This document shows positions 9,603-18,470 of a stretch of DNA of 64,000 nt, one piece after another. The first letter of the stretch is position 1; every line of letters begins with the position of its first letter. Both the position numbers and the translations under genes were made by a program. This DNA is from an uncultured Chloroflexia bacterium (GTDB lineage Bacteria > Chloroflexota > Chloroflexia > Thermomicrobiales > UBA6265), in the NCBI GenBank assembly GCA_963724295.1, contig CAVRUC010000003.1, positions 32,001 to 96,000 of the forward strand. Reading direction: 5' to 3'. The notes below the pieces were generated by a model. That model ran no database searches, had not been told where the DNA came from, and worked only from the letters and a program-made list of their open reading frames with translations.

Positions 9603-9685
9603 TGCCGGGAGCGGGATTCGAACCCGCACGGCCTTGCGGCCACCAGCTCCTAAGGCTGGCGTGTCTGCCATTTCACCACCCCGGC
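9603..9685 (-). tRNA. tRNA-Leu (anticodon UAG)
   Basis: GCCGGGG/TCCCGGC acceptor stem, D-loop GAAATGGCAGAC, anticodon arm CCAGC-CTTAGGA-GCTGG, long variable arm, T-arm GCGGG-TTCGAAT-CCCGC and discriminator A. Confidence 0.97.
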
Positions 9686-9791
9686 GAAGGTGCATCGCAA
9701 AGTGTAGCGGTCCGCTTCTGCCATTGCCGCGCCTGGATCACTCGGATAGCATCCTCCGGTTGACGTTCGCTGAATCTGGAGGAGCCGCCTC

Positions 9792-10768
9792 ATGGCCACG
9801 ACCGCCGCCGATCCCCTCGCCCGCAAACCGTTCGGGCAGACCGGGCTCCTGGTCCCGCCGGTTGCCGTCGGTTGCGCGCCCATCGGCAACATGCCCGAGG
9901 CGTTCGGCTATGGGGTGACGGACGAGGACGCGCTGGCCACCATTCGCGCCGCGCTCGACAGTCCGATCCCCTACATCGACACCGCCGCCCTGTACGGCGA
10001 CGGCGAGAGCGAGCGGCGGGTCGGTCTCGTCTTGCGCGAGCGCGGTGGGTTGCCGGAAAACGCGTTCCTTCAGACCAAACAGGGGCGTAACCCGAAGAAC
10101 GGCGACTACTCCGGCGAGACGGTCAAGCGCAGGATGGAGCGCTCCCTGGAGCTGCTCGGCGTCGATCGCATCGAGGTCGTCTATCTCCACGATCAGGAGT
10201 GGACGACGTTCGAGGCCGCAATGGCCCCGGGAGGACCCATCGACGTCCTCCAGCAGTTCCGCGACCAGGGTGTCATCGGTCACCTCGGTGTCGCCGGTGG
10301 ACCGATCCCCGTGCAGCTCCAGTACATCGAGACCGGCCTCTTCGATGCGGTCATCCATCACAACCGCTACACCCTGCTCAACCGCTCGGCGGAGCCACTC
10401 ATCGACGCCGCTGTCGCCCGTGGCATGGCTGTCCTGAATGCCGCCCCTTACGGCAGCGGCATGCTGGCAAAAGGACCGGACGCCTACCCGCGCTACGCCT
10501 ATCAACAGGCGTCCGCCGAGATGATCGACCGCGTGCGTCGTTTGCCGCCATCGCCGAGCGGCACGGCGTCCCCCTACCGGCCGTCGCCCTGCAGTTCTCG
10601 ACTCGCGACCCGCGCATGACGGCGACGATCGTCGGCATGAGCCGCCCAGAGCGCATCGCCGAGACGGTCCGCTACCTCACGACCCCGATCCCCGATGCGC
10701 TCTGGGACGAGATCGCCGAGATTCCATTCGACACCAACGATCCCGAGGAATATCGCTTCAAGCGGTGA
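9792..10768 (+). CDS. Aldo/keto reductase (apparent 1-nt deletion at ~10541-10543)
   Basis: IDTAALYG, ERSLELLG..YLHD and NRYTLLNR. The C-terminus (FAAIAERHGVPLPAVALQF...VGMSRPERI) continues in another frame after a TTT run. Confidence 0.85.
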
Positions 10769-10772
10769 ATGA

Positions 10773-10880
10773 GGGTGGCGGGGTAGTTACTCGCTACGCT
10801 CGTGGTGGCAGGGTGGCGGGGTCATCGTTCTCCCTGCCACCCTGCGACCCCGTCACCCATCACCCATCACCCATCGCCCG
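10773..10880. repeat. Intergenic short tandem arrays (GGGTGGC[A/G] octamers with inverted partner; TCACCCA x3)
   Basis: ggtggcagggtggcgggg (10804-10821) is complementary to ccctgccaccctgcgacc (10832-10849). tcaccca x3 at 10853-10873. Confidence 0.7.
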
Positions 10881-10889
10881 ACCCACCAC

Positions 10890-10918
10890 TTGCGGACAAT
10901 CGCATCGTGCCGTATCAT
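10890..10918 (+). promoter_or_regulatory. Sigma70-type promoter of the leader-lysC-asd operon
   Basis: TTGCGG (10890-95), 17 nt, TATCAT (10913-18). Predicted +1 at ~10925-10926. Confidence 0.65.
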
Positions 10919-10925
10919 GCGCGCC

Positions 10926-11033
10926 ATGAGCGGCTTTGCGCGCCCCACCATGACTAGCAGCACGATCGTCGTGATCTCGATTACCGAGACCACCATGATT
11001 ACCGTGCCTGCCGGTCCGGGGGGACGCGACTAA
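10926..11033 (+). CDS. Thr/Ile-rich attenuation leader peptide (ThrL-like), 35 aa
   Basis: MSGFARPTMTSSTIVVISITETTMITVPAGPGGRD* has 7 Thr and 4 Ile and lies directly upstream of an attenuator and aspartokinase. Alternative ATG at 10950. Confidence 0.75.
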   Translation: MSGFARPTMTSSTIVVISITETTMITVPAGPGGRD

Positions 11034-11099
11034 GGGTCGCACACTCCAACAGGACGGATCGGCAGGCGGGAGCGGAAACGCTCCCGTCGCTTTGTGTGT
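11007..11099 (+). promoter_or_regulatory. Transcription attenuator (antiterminator plus terminator)
   Basis: Terminator: ggcgggagcg-gaaa-cgctcccgtc followed by gctttgtgt (11065-11099). cctgccggtccg (11007-18) pairs with cggatcggcagg (11055-66), which overlaps the terminator 5' arm. Confidence 0.75.
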
Positions 11100-11128
11100 C
11101 GCGGTATCAGAGACAAAGGACGGGCCAG

Positions 11129-12580
11129 ATGATCGTGATGAAGTTCGGGGGCACCTCGGTCGGAGACGCCGCGCGCGTCGACCAGGTCGCCACCATCATC
11201 GAGGCCCAGCCGAGTCCGCGGGCCGCGGTCGTCTCGGCTGCATCGGGCGTCACCAACATGTTGCTGGATGCGGCCCGCGCCGCGGCTGTCGACGGCGGCG
11301 AGCTCGTCGCCAGGCTCGTCGCCGAGATTCGCGCCCGGCACGACGACATTGCGGCGGCCATTGGCGACGACCAGGAACGCGCCGCGGCCGTCGCCGCGCT
11401 CGATCAGCTCCACGCCGCTCTGGACGACGCGCTCTCTGACGTTGACCGCGCCGGCGAGCTCAGCCCTCGCAACGCGGACCGCATCCTCGCCACCGGCGAG
11501 AAGGCGATGAGCATTCTCCTCGCGGCGATGCTTCGCTCGCGCGGAGTGCCGGCCGTTCATGTCTGGGCCGATCGCGTCATCGCCACCGACAACCGGTACG
11601 GCAACGCCCGTCCCGACCGCGCCCTCACCCGCGAGCTGGCGGCCCAGGAGGTGCGGCCGCATCTGGACGCCGGTCACACGGTCGTCTTCACCGGGTTCAT
11701 CGGTCGCGCCCCGGATGGCTCGACCACCACACTGGGGCGAGGCGGCTCCGACTACAGCGCCACTCTTCTGGGCGCCGCGCTCGACGCCGATGAGGTCCAG
11801 ATCTGGACGGACGTTCCTGGCGTCCTCTCCGCGGACCCCCGGCAGGTGCCCGACGTGCGCGTCGTATCCGGCATCTCCTATGACGAGGCGCAGGAGCTGG
11901 CGCATTTCGGCGCCAAAGTCCTCCACCCGCGCACCATCCGACCAGCCGTCTCCCTCGGCATCCCGGTGCGCATCCTCTCCACCTTTCTGCCCGATGAACC
12001 GGGGACGCTCGTTACGCGGGATGCGCCTGAGGAGAGCGTCAAAGCCGTCACCGCCCTCAACAACCTGCTGCTGCTGACGATCGACGTCCCGGAGCTGGAG
12101 GATCTCGCGGCGGCGTCGGCTGCCGTCTTCGGCGCGCTGCATGGCGACCGCATCGAGGTCGTGGCCGCGTCGCAGGCGTCATCCCGCCGCCGTATGACCT
12201 ACGTCGTCGATGCCAACGGTCACGGCGGTTGCGCCCGCGTCAAGCAGCGCATGGCGGCGGCCCTCGAAGCCGCCGACGTCGACGCCGAAGTCGGCTGTGA
12301 AGAGGACGTGGCCCTCGTGGCCGCGGTCGGGGCTGGCGTCGCCGCGGCGCCGCAGACCCTGTCGCAGTTTCTCTCCATCCTCGGCCGGGCCGGCGTGCCG
12401 GTGCTCTCGACGAACCAGCAGCACTCGAACGTGGCGCTCACCGTCGCCGTGCCAGGAAGAGACGCGGCGCGCGCCGTGCTTGCCCTGCACGACGCCTTTA
12501 TTCGACCTCAGCCGGCCAGCTCTCGGGCGCGGCGTCCACGCCGCGCCGACATGCTGGCGGAGAGTCTGCGCGTCGGGTAG
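11129..12580 (+). CDS. lysC: Aspartate kinase
   Basis: MKFGGTSVG, VVSA, TTLGRGGSDYSA, IWTDVPG, ADPR, FGAKVLHP and two C-terminal ACT-like domains. Confidence 0.93.
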   Translation: MIVMKFGGTSVGDAARVDQVATIIEAQPSPRAAVVSAASGVTNMLLDAARAAAVDGGELVARLVAEIRARHDDIAAAIGDDQERAAAVAALDQLHAALDDALSDVDRAGELSPRNADRILATGEKAMSILLAAMLRSRGVPAVHVWADRVIATDNRYGNARPDRALTRELAAQEVRPHLDAGHTVVFTGFIGRAPDGSTTTLGRGGSDYSATLLGAALDADEVQIWTDVPGVLSADPRQVPDVRVVSGISYDEAQELAHFGAKVLHPRTIRPAVSLGIPVRILSTFLPDEPGTLVTRDAPEESVKAVTALNNLLLLTIDVPELEDLAAASAAVFGALHGDRIEVVAASQASSRRRMTYVVDANGHGGCARVKQRMAAALEAADVDAEVGCEEDVALVAAVGAGVAAAPQTLSQFLSILGRAGVPVLSTNQQHSNVALTVAVPGRDAARAVLALHDAFIRPQPASSRARRPRRADMLAESLRVG

Positions 12581-12673
12581 ACCCAATATCGGTATCAACG
12601 AGGGCGATGTGAAACGAACAGAGATCGTGCCCGCCCCGGGAAGAGGCGTTGGCGCGAAGGAGGCAGTTTCGAG

Positions 12674-13747
12674 GTGATTCAGTCCCGATCCAGCTCGAAC
12701 GGAAAGATCCCGGTCGCCGTGCTCGGCGCGACCGGCAGCGTCGGTCAGCGCTTCGTGCAGCTTCTGGCCGGGCACCCCTGGTTTCAACTCGCCGAAGTGG
12801 TGGCGTCCGACCGCTCGACCGGGCGTTCCTATTGCGAAGCGACCGAGTGGCGGTTGAGCGCGGATATGCCCGAGGGCGCCCGCCGGCTCGTCGTCAAGGA
12901 CTACGACGCCACCCTCGAGAGCCCGGTCGTCTTCTCGGCGCTGCCGGGTGAGGTCGCGGGCGAGATCGAGCAGCGGATGGCCCAGGAGGGACGCGCCCTC
13001 TTCTCGAACACCTCGACCCACCGCATGACTCCCGACGTGCCCTTGATGATCCCGGAAGTCAATCCGGAGCACGTCGCCGCGCTCGAGGTGCAACGCCGGA
13101 ATCGCGGTTGGAGCGGGTTCATCGTCACCAACCCGAACTGCTCGGCGATCCATCTGGTTCTGGCGCTCAAGCCCCTCCACGATGCCTTCGGCGTCGACGC
13201 CCTGGCGGTGACGACGATGCAGGCGGTCTCCGGCGCTGGCTATCCCGGGGTGCCGTCGCTCGACATGATCGACAACGTCGTGCCCTTCATCAACACCGAA
13301 GAGGAGAAGATGACGGAGGAGACGAAGAAGCTCCTGGGTGGGTTCGACGGCGAGTTCCAGCCGGCGTGCATCACGATGTCCGCCCACTGCAACCGCGTTC
13401 CCGTCAGGGATGGCCATACCGAATGCGTCTCGATTCGGTTCCGCACCCCGGCCACGGCTCGGGACGCCGCCCAGGCGATGTCCGAGTTCCGCGCCAGGCC
13501 GCAAGAGCTGCAGTTGCCGAGCGCTCCCAAGCGCCCGGTGATCGTGCGTGACGAGCCGAACCGCCCGCAGGCGAACATCGACCGTGACGCCGAGAACGGC
13601 ATGGCGACCACCGTCGGTCGCGTCCGCGAATGCGCGCTGCTGGGGACCAAGTTCGTCCTGCTCGGACACAACACCATCCGCGGCGCCGCCGGCGCATCGA
13701 TCCTCAACGCGGAGCTGTTCAAGGTCGAGGGACTCTTACCCGTTTGA
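12674..13747 (+). CDS. asd: Aspartate-semialdehyde dehydrogenase (archaeal/fungal-like subtype)
   Basis: GATGSVGQRF, PEVN, TNPNCS (catalytic Cys), MQAVSGAGYPG, CNRVPV.DGH and HNTIRGAAG. Confidence 0.95.
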   Translation: MIQSRSSSNGKIPVAVLGATGSVGQRFVQLLAGHPWFQLAEVVASDRSTGRSYCEATEWRLSADMPEGARRLVVKDYDATLESPVVFSALPGEVAGEIEQRMAQEGRALFSNTSTHRMTPDVPLMIPEVNPEHVAALEVQRRNRGWSGFIVTNPNCSAIHLVLALKPLHDAFGVDALAVTTMQAVSGAGYPGVPSLDMIDNVVPFINTEEEKMTEETKKLLGGFDGEFQPACITMSAHCNRVPVRDGHTECVSIRFRTPATARDAAQAMSEFRARPQELQLPSAPKRPVIVRDEPNRPQANIDRDAENGMATTVGRVRECALLGTKFVLLGHNTIRGAAGASILNAELFKVEGLLPV

Positions 13748-13785
13748 TGTCCGCTTCGGTGGATCGGGACCCAGGACTGCGCTCC

Positions 13786-13826
13786 CGCCCTCACTCCCCT
13801 GCTCATCAGGTCGGGGAGTGAGGGCG
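13786..13826 (+). terminator. Stem-loop after asd
   Basis: 14-bp inverted repeat cgccctcactcccc ... ggggagtgagggcg. No U-tract. Confidence 0.5.
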
Positions 13827-13878
13827 CACCACGGAGTGACCGGCGTCGAAGAATCTGCCCCACCCGGCCCATCAAAAG

Positions 13879-13910
13879 TTCAAACTCTTCAAACCCTTCA
13901 AACTCTTCAA
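13879..13910. repeat. 9-bp tandem repeat TTCAAAC[T/C]C x3.5
   Basis: ttcaaactc ttcaaaccc ttcaaactc ttcaa. Confidence 0.8.
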
Positions 13911-13995
13911 CTTGAGACTCTTCGAATTCGTCCAGCTCTTCACGACATGCCTGCTGCGTTCGATCGCCTGCTGGATTGGTCCACTGGCTGCAATC

Positions 13996-14055
13996 TTGAC
14001 CTACGACTCCGCTCGAATTATAGTTCGTATCATGAATTATTCGGGTGCAGAACTA
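13996..14055 (+). promoter_or_regulatory. Sigma70 promoter with overlapping tandem palindromic (putative MarR) operator
   Basis: TTGACC, 17 nt, TATAGT (13996-14024). TAGTTC-N7-GAATTA (14021-39) and TTATTC-N7-GAACTA (14037-55). Confidence 0.65.
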
Positions 14056-14668
14056 TCGCCTAATCCGCACGGACGAAGACGCGTTGATCGAGGCCGGCGT
14101 GCACATGTTGCCGGTCATCGCCAAAGCCCTCTTCTCGTCCATCTCCGGTCTTGGGACGGCCCATGGCCTGACGCCCGCCCAAGTCAAAGTGCTGCTCCAG
14201 TTGGGAAGGCGCCAGCAGATGACCGTCGGCGAGATCGCCTCCGCCATCGACTGCTCGATGCCGGCAGCCTCAGAGCTCGTCGATCGCCTCGTCGATGCGG
14301 GTCATCTCGTTCGCGCTACCGATCTTGCCGATCGCAGACGGGTGCTGGTCGCCGCCACGCCCGCGTCGCGGCGGATCAGCGCGCACCTCTTCGAACTACG
14401 CCAGGCCCAGGTCCGGTACGCGCTGGATCAGCTCGAACCGGCAGAACGACCGATCTTCGTCAAGTCGCTCGAAGCGCTGATCGCCGGACTGACCCACGCC
14501 GGCGACGCTTCGCTCCTCGATGGCTGTCCTGGCGCACCGCCGGAGAGCGTCGATCGAAGCCTCGCCAATCCGGTCTCAGCTGCCGACCCCGCCCTCGCGC
14601 CACAAGTTCGCGAGGATCGGGTGACCGAAAAGCCAATCCGTACAGCTTCGTTACGAGGTAGCAACTAG
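14045..14668 (+). CDS. MarR-family transcriptional regulator
   Basis: GLTPAQVKVL, MTVGEIA, ASELVDRLVDAG and DRRRVLV winged-helix motifs. Start uncertain. Confidence 0.85.
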   Translation: MQNYRLIRTDEDALIEAGVHMLPVIAKALFSSISGLGTAHGLTPAQVKVLLQLGRRQQMTVGEIASAIDCSMPAASELVDRLVDAGHLVRATDLADRRRVLVAATPASRRISAHLFELRQAQVRYALDQLEPAERPIFVKSLEALIAGLTHAGDASLLDGCPGAPPESVDRSLANPVSAADPALAPQVREDRVTEKPIRTASLRGSN

Positions 14669-16346
14669 ATGTCCGACGCCATGTCCAAACCAGCCGGCTC
14701 CGAAGCCCATGGCGCGTCGTCCGGAAGCGAGTCCTCGGCCACCCAGGAGCGCAACCCCTGGTTGATTCTTCTGGTCCTCTGCGGCGCGATCTTCATGTTG
14801 CTGCTCGACACCACCATCGTCAACGTCGCCCAACAGAAGATCAAAGAGGGCCTCAACGCCGATCTGTCACAGATCCAATGGATTCTGGATTCCTATATCC
14901 TCGCCTTCGCGGTGCTGATGCTCTCCTTCGGCCGCCTCGGGGACATTTACGGCCGCAAGAAGATGTTCGTCACCGGGATGGCGGTCTTCATCGCGGCCTC
15001 GGGATTGTGCGGCGTATCGCACTGGATCGCGACGCTAATCGGAATTCCTGGCGCGACCGCGTTGATCATCGCCCGCGTGCTGCAGGGGATCGGCGGCGCC
15101 CTGATGATGCCGCAGACGCTCTCCCTGATTACGATCGCCTTTCCCCCTCAGAAGCGTGGCGCGGCCATGGGCGTCTGGGGTTCGGTCGTGGCCCTGGGCG
15201 CGGTACTGGGACCGTTGCTCGGCGGCTACATCGTCACTGATTACCCGTGGGAATGGATTTTCCTCATCAATATCCCGGTGGGTATCGTCGCCATCCTCGC
15301 CACGCTGGCCATCGTTCCCGAGTCGCGCGATCCCCTGGCGTCCGGCAAGCTCGACTGGGGCGGTCTGATCTTCTCGGCCGTGGCGATCTTCGCCCTGGTC
15401 TACGCGCTGATCGAGGGTCCCAAGTTCGGCTGGACGAGTCCGCAGACGATTGGGTTGCTGCTTGTTCAGCGCCGCGGTTTTCGCCATCTTCGTCTGGTGG
15501 GAACGGCATGTCCCCGATCCGATGGTGAAGCTCGAGCTCTTCGGCATCCGCAACTTCTGGGTCGCCAACGTCATCGGCCTCGCCGTCCCGTTCGGCCTCT
15601 TCGGGATCTTCTTTCCGATGACGGTCTTCCTCCAGGGCGCGCTCGGCATGACGCCGCTCGAAGCCGGGCTGACCATGATGCCCATGTCTTTGATGCTGAT
15701 GTTCGTCGCCCCGGCCTCGGGACGCCTCTCGGACCTCATCGGCGCTCGTTGGATTCTCACGACCGGGCTCGCGCTCGTATCGGTCGGGATCCTCCTCATC
15801 ACGAGTCAGGTCTCGGCGACGACGAACTGGCGAACGTTGTTGCCGGCATTGGTGATCACTGGTGCCGGGATGGGGATGACGTTTGCCCCGATGACCGCGG
15901 CGGCCATGTCACAGGTTCCGCCGCGCATCTCCGGCAGCGCCTCCGGTATCCTCAACACGTCCCGCAATATCGGCCAGCTTCTCGGCATCGCCGTCCTGGG
16001 CTCGGTCCTGCAATCACGGTTGGGTCTTCATGCCGGCGCCGAGTTCCGCTCGCTTCCCATTGGCGACAACGCCATTCGCAACCAGATCGCCGAGTTGATA
16101 CGGGAAGGACGGATGGAGGCGATTCCGTCGGTCATCCCGCCCGCACAGCGGGATCAGCTCCCCATCATTTTCGACTCGATGAGACAGGTGTTTGTTCTCA
16201 GCATGCACGAGACGTTCTATGTCGGCGCCCTGATCTGCTTCGTCGCCCTCGGATTCTCCTTCCTGATGCAAAATCCCGGCCGGCGTACCATGCAGGCCGC
16301 GGACCGGGTGCGGGAAGCCTCCGCGCATCCAGCGGCGGCTGACTGA
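14669..16346 (+). CDS. DHA2 (EmrB/QacA-like) MFS efflux transporter, apparent 1-nt insertion at ~15461
   Basis: LDTTIVNVA, GRLGDIYGRKK, RVLQGIGGA and WIFLINIPVG. The second half (SGRLSDLIGAR, ASGILNTSRNIG) lies in frame 15450-16346. Confidence 0.85.
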
Positions 16347-16378
16347 CCAGTTTTCCCGGCCAGGAGAACAGTCCATCC

Positions 16379-17158
16379 GTGGAGATCAGGCTCGAGGGCA
16401 AGCATGCGCTGGTGACCGGCGCCAGCAGCGGCATCGGTCAGGGCATCGCGCTGGCACTCGCCGCGGCGGGAGCCAGTGTCGGCATCAACTACCGGTCAAA
16501 CAGGGACGGCGCCGAAGAGACCGCGCGACGCGTGCGTGAAGCGGGCCAACGTGCGCTCGTCATCGAAGCGGACGTCGGCGATCCAGCGCAGGTCACGGCG
16601 ATGTTTCGTCGTTTCGACGCCGACATGGGACCGATCGACATCCTGGTGGCGAATGCCGGTCATGGCTCAGCGTCCAAGCCACTTCATGAGACCTCATGGG
16701 ACGAATGGGACCGGGTCCTTCGCTCCAATCTGCACGGTGCATTCCTCTGTGGCCGAGAGGCGGCGCGGCGAATGCTTGCCGCCGGCAAGGGCGGACGCAT
16801 CGTCAACATCTCCTCGGTTCACGAAGAAGCCTGCAATATGCCGGATGACGGTCCGTACTGCGTGGCCAAAGCCGGCGTCCGCAATCTCACCCGCTCCATG
16901 GCACTCGAACTCGGGCCCCACGGCATCACCGTCAACGACGTGGCTCCCGGGATGATCCTGACGCCGATGAACCGGCGCGCGGCCGAGGATGCCACCTATC
17001 GTGCCGAGGCCGAAGCACAGATCCCGGTCCGCCGCGCTGGAACGCCCGCGGATATCGCGGCCATGGTGGTCTTCCTCTGCTCCGATCATGCGTCCTACTG
17101 CACCGGCGGGACGTATCTCGTAGATGGCGGCTGGATGTTGACCTGGCCGCCAGTGTAG
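16379..17158 (+). CDS. SDR oxidoreductase (glucose 1-dehydrogenase-like)
   Basis: TGASSGIG, ANAG, NISSVHE, YCVAK and APGMILTP. Confidence 0.9.
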   Translation: MEIRLEGKHALVTGASSGIGQGIALALAAAGASVGINYRSNRDGAEETARRVREAGQRALVIEADVGDPAQVTAMFRRFDADMGPIDILVANAGHGSASKPLHETSWDEWDRVLRSNLHGAFLCGREAARRMLAAGKGGRIVNISSVHEEACNMPDDGPYCVAKAGVRNLTRSMALELGPHGITVNDVAPGMILTPMNRRAAEDATYRAEAEAQIPVRRAGTPADIAAMVVFLCSDHASYCTGGTYLVDGGWMLTWPPV

Positions 17159-17172
17159 GGAGGGAACAGCCG

Positions 17173-18018
17173 ATGATCGCCGCTGGCAGCCCTAACCGTC
17201 GCGGTCTGATTGCGGCCGGCGCTTCCGCGCTCGTCGCCGGTGCCCTTGCCCGGACCGCTCCCGTCCGCGCAATTCAATCTGACCGCCAGCTCCTCGACTT
17301 GCTCCTGGGTCAAGAGCGGATCCAGGTTGTCTATTACTCCGCCATCCTTGACGCGTTTGACGACGCGGCATTTTCCGCCGCGGGTCTTCCCCAGGGCGCT
17401 CGCGGCGGCATCGAGGAGATCCTGGCAGCTGAGAAAGCGCACATCACCGCGCTGCCGCAACCCGACGACGTCGCGATGCCCGCGCCCACCGCGCCGGTGC
17501 TGACCGATCTGACTGAGGCCCTGCGTGAGGCCGCCAACCTGGAGAACCTGGCCGTCGCCTCCTACGCATTCGTCATTCCCCTCCTTGATCGACAACGGCT
17601 CCTGTCGACGCTGATCGGCATCCATAGCGTCGAAGCCCGGCACGCGGCGTGGTTGGCAACGCTCCTCGGCGCCAACCCCTTCCCCGAGGCCATCGACCCC
17701 CCGTTGACGTTGGAGCAGTCGGAGGCCAATGCCGGCGAATCCACCAGCGTGCCATCCCCGGCGGGCACGCCAAGCGCTGCAGGCGATGCCGCGCCGGTGA
17801 TCGCGGCGATTGCCGCGGACCTCGGCGTGCCGCCCGAGTCAGTCCAGGTAATCACCATGGAACCTCGGGACTGGCCCGACAGCTCGCTTGGCTGTCCCCA
17901 ACCCGACATGCTCTATGCCCAGGTGATCACACCGGGCTATCTGGTGCTGGTGGAGGTCTCAGGCGAGCAGATCGAGTACCACACCGACGAGCTGGGCACC
18001 GTCGTTCGCTGCCCCTGA
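17173..18018 (+). CDS. Tat-exported ferritin-like domain protein with C-terminal WPDSSLGCP domain
   Basis: NRRGLI twin-Arg signal. E..Y, EKAH, LE and VEARH diiron-type ExxH motifs. Cys-containing C-terminal module. Confidence 0.7.
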   Translation: MIAAGSPNRRGLIAAGASALVAGALARTAPVRAIQSDRQLLDLLLGQERIQVVYYSAILDAFDDAAFSAAGLPQGARGGIEEILAAEKAHITALPQPDDVAMPAPTAPVLTDLTEALREAANLENLAVASYAFVIPLLDRQRLLSTLIGIHSVEARHAAWLATLLGANPFPEAIDPPLTLEQSEANAGESTSVPSPAGTPSAAGDAAPVIAAIAADLGVPPESVQVITMEPRDWPDSSLGCPQPDMLYAQVITPGYLVLVEVSGEQIEYHTDELGTVVRCP

Positions 18019-18041
18019 TCGCCGGCTCGCAAACCGACACC

Positions 18042-18332
18042 CTACAGGCGCTGGTACTCCTCGAGATCGAGCACGAACACGGTCGCCGCCGCCGGTGGGA
18101 TCCCCTCGCCGCTATCGGGAGGCGCCATCCCCGAGCGGGCCGTCTGGCGGATCAGATCGAGCACGTAATCGACTTGATTCTCATCCGCACCGATCATCAG
18201 GGTGGTGTTGCCTCGCCGCAGGAACCCGCCGGTGCTGGCGAGCCGGGTCGTCCGAAAATCCGCCTCGAGCAGCGCATCGACGACCGTGTCCGCGACTTCG
18301 TTCTGGATGACCGCAATGACCAGCTTCTTCAT
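18042..18332 (-). CDS. darA: PII-like cyclic-di-AMP receptor (DarA/PstA family)
   Basis: MKKLVIAVIQ...TRLASTGGFLRRGNTTLMIG...ATVFVL is the family signature. Confidence 0.88.
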   Translation of the reverse strand: MKKLVIAVIQNEVADTVVDALLEADFRTTRLASTGGFLRRGNTTLMIGADENQVDYVLDLIRQTARSGMAPPDSGEGIPPAAATVFVLDLEEYQRL

Positions 18333-18470
18333 TCGCCCCGCGCCTTACGAAACTGGCGGGAACCGAGATTCGTCGCTGAATCGGTTTCTTCCAGCATCTT
18401 CTGCCGATCGCTCGCGCCGCGAGTCTCATCGCCGGCCTTGCCGGCGATGGTTCCCATCGGGATACACATA

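Larger units (their letters stand above)
1836..9624. mobile_element. Decayed genomic island integrated at the tRNA-Leu(UAG) 3' end
   Basis: Bounded by a 24-bp direct repeat of the tRNA 3' end. A tyrosine integrase remnant sits next to the tRNA. Cargo is a catabolic/ABC operon whose codons look more A/T-ending by eye. Confidence 0.85.

Noticed and set aside
10530..10560. Programmed ribosomal frameshift in the aldo/keto reductase
   Set aside because: No canonical slippery heptamer or stimulatory signal. Several similar single-base indels in unrelated genes point to sequencing error.
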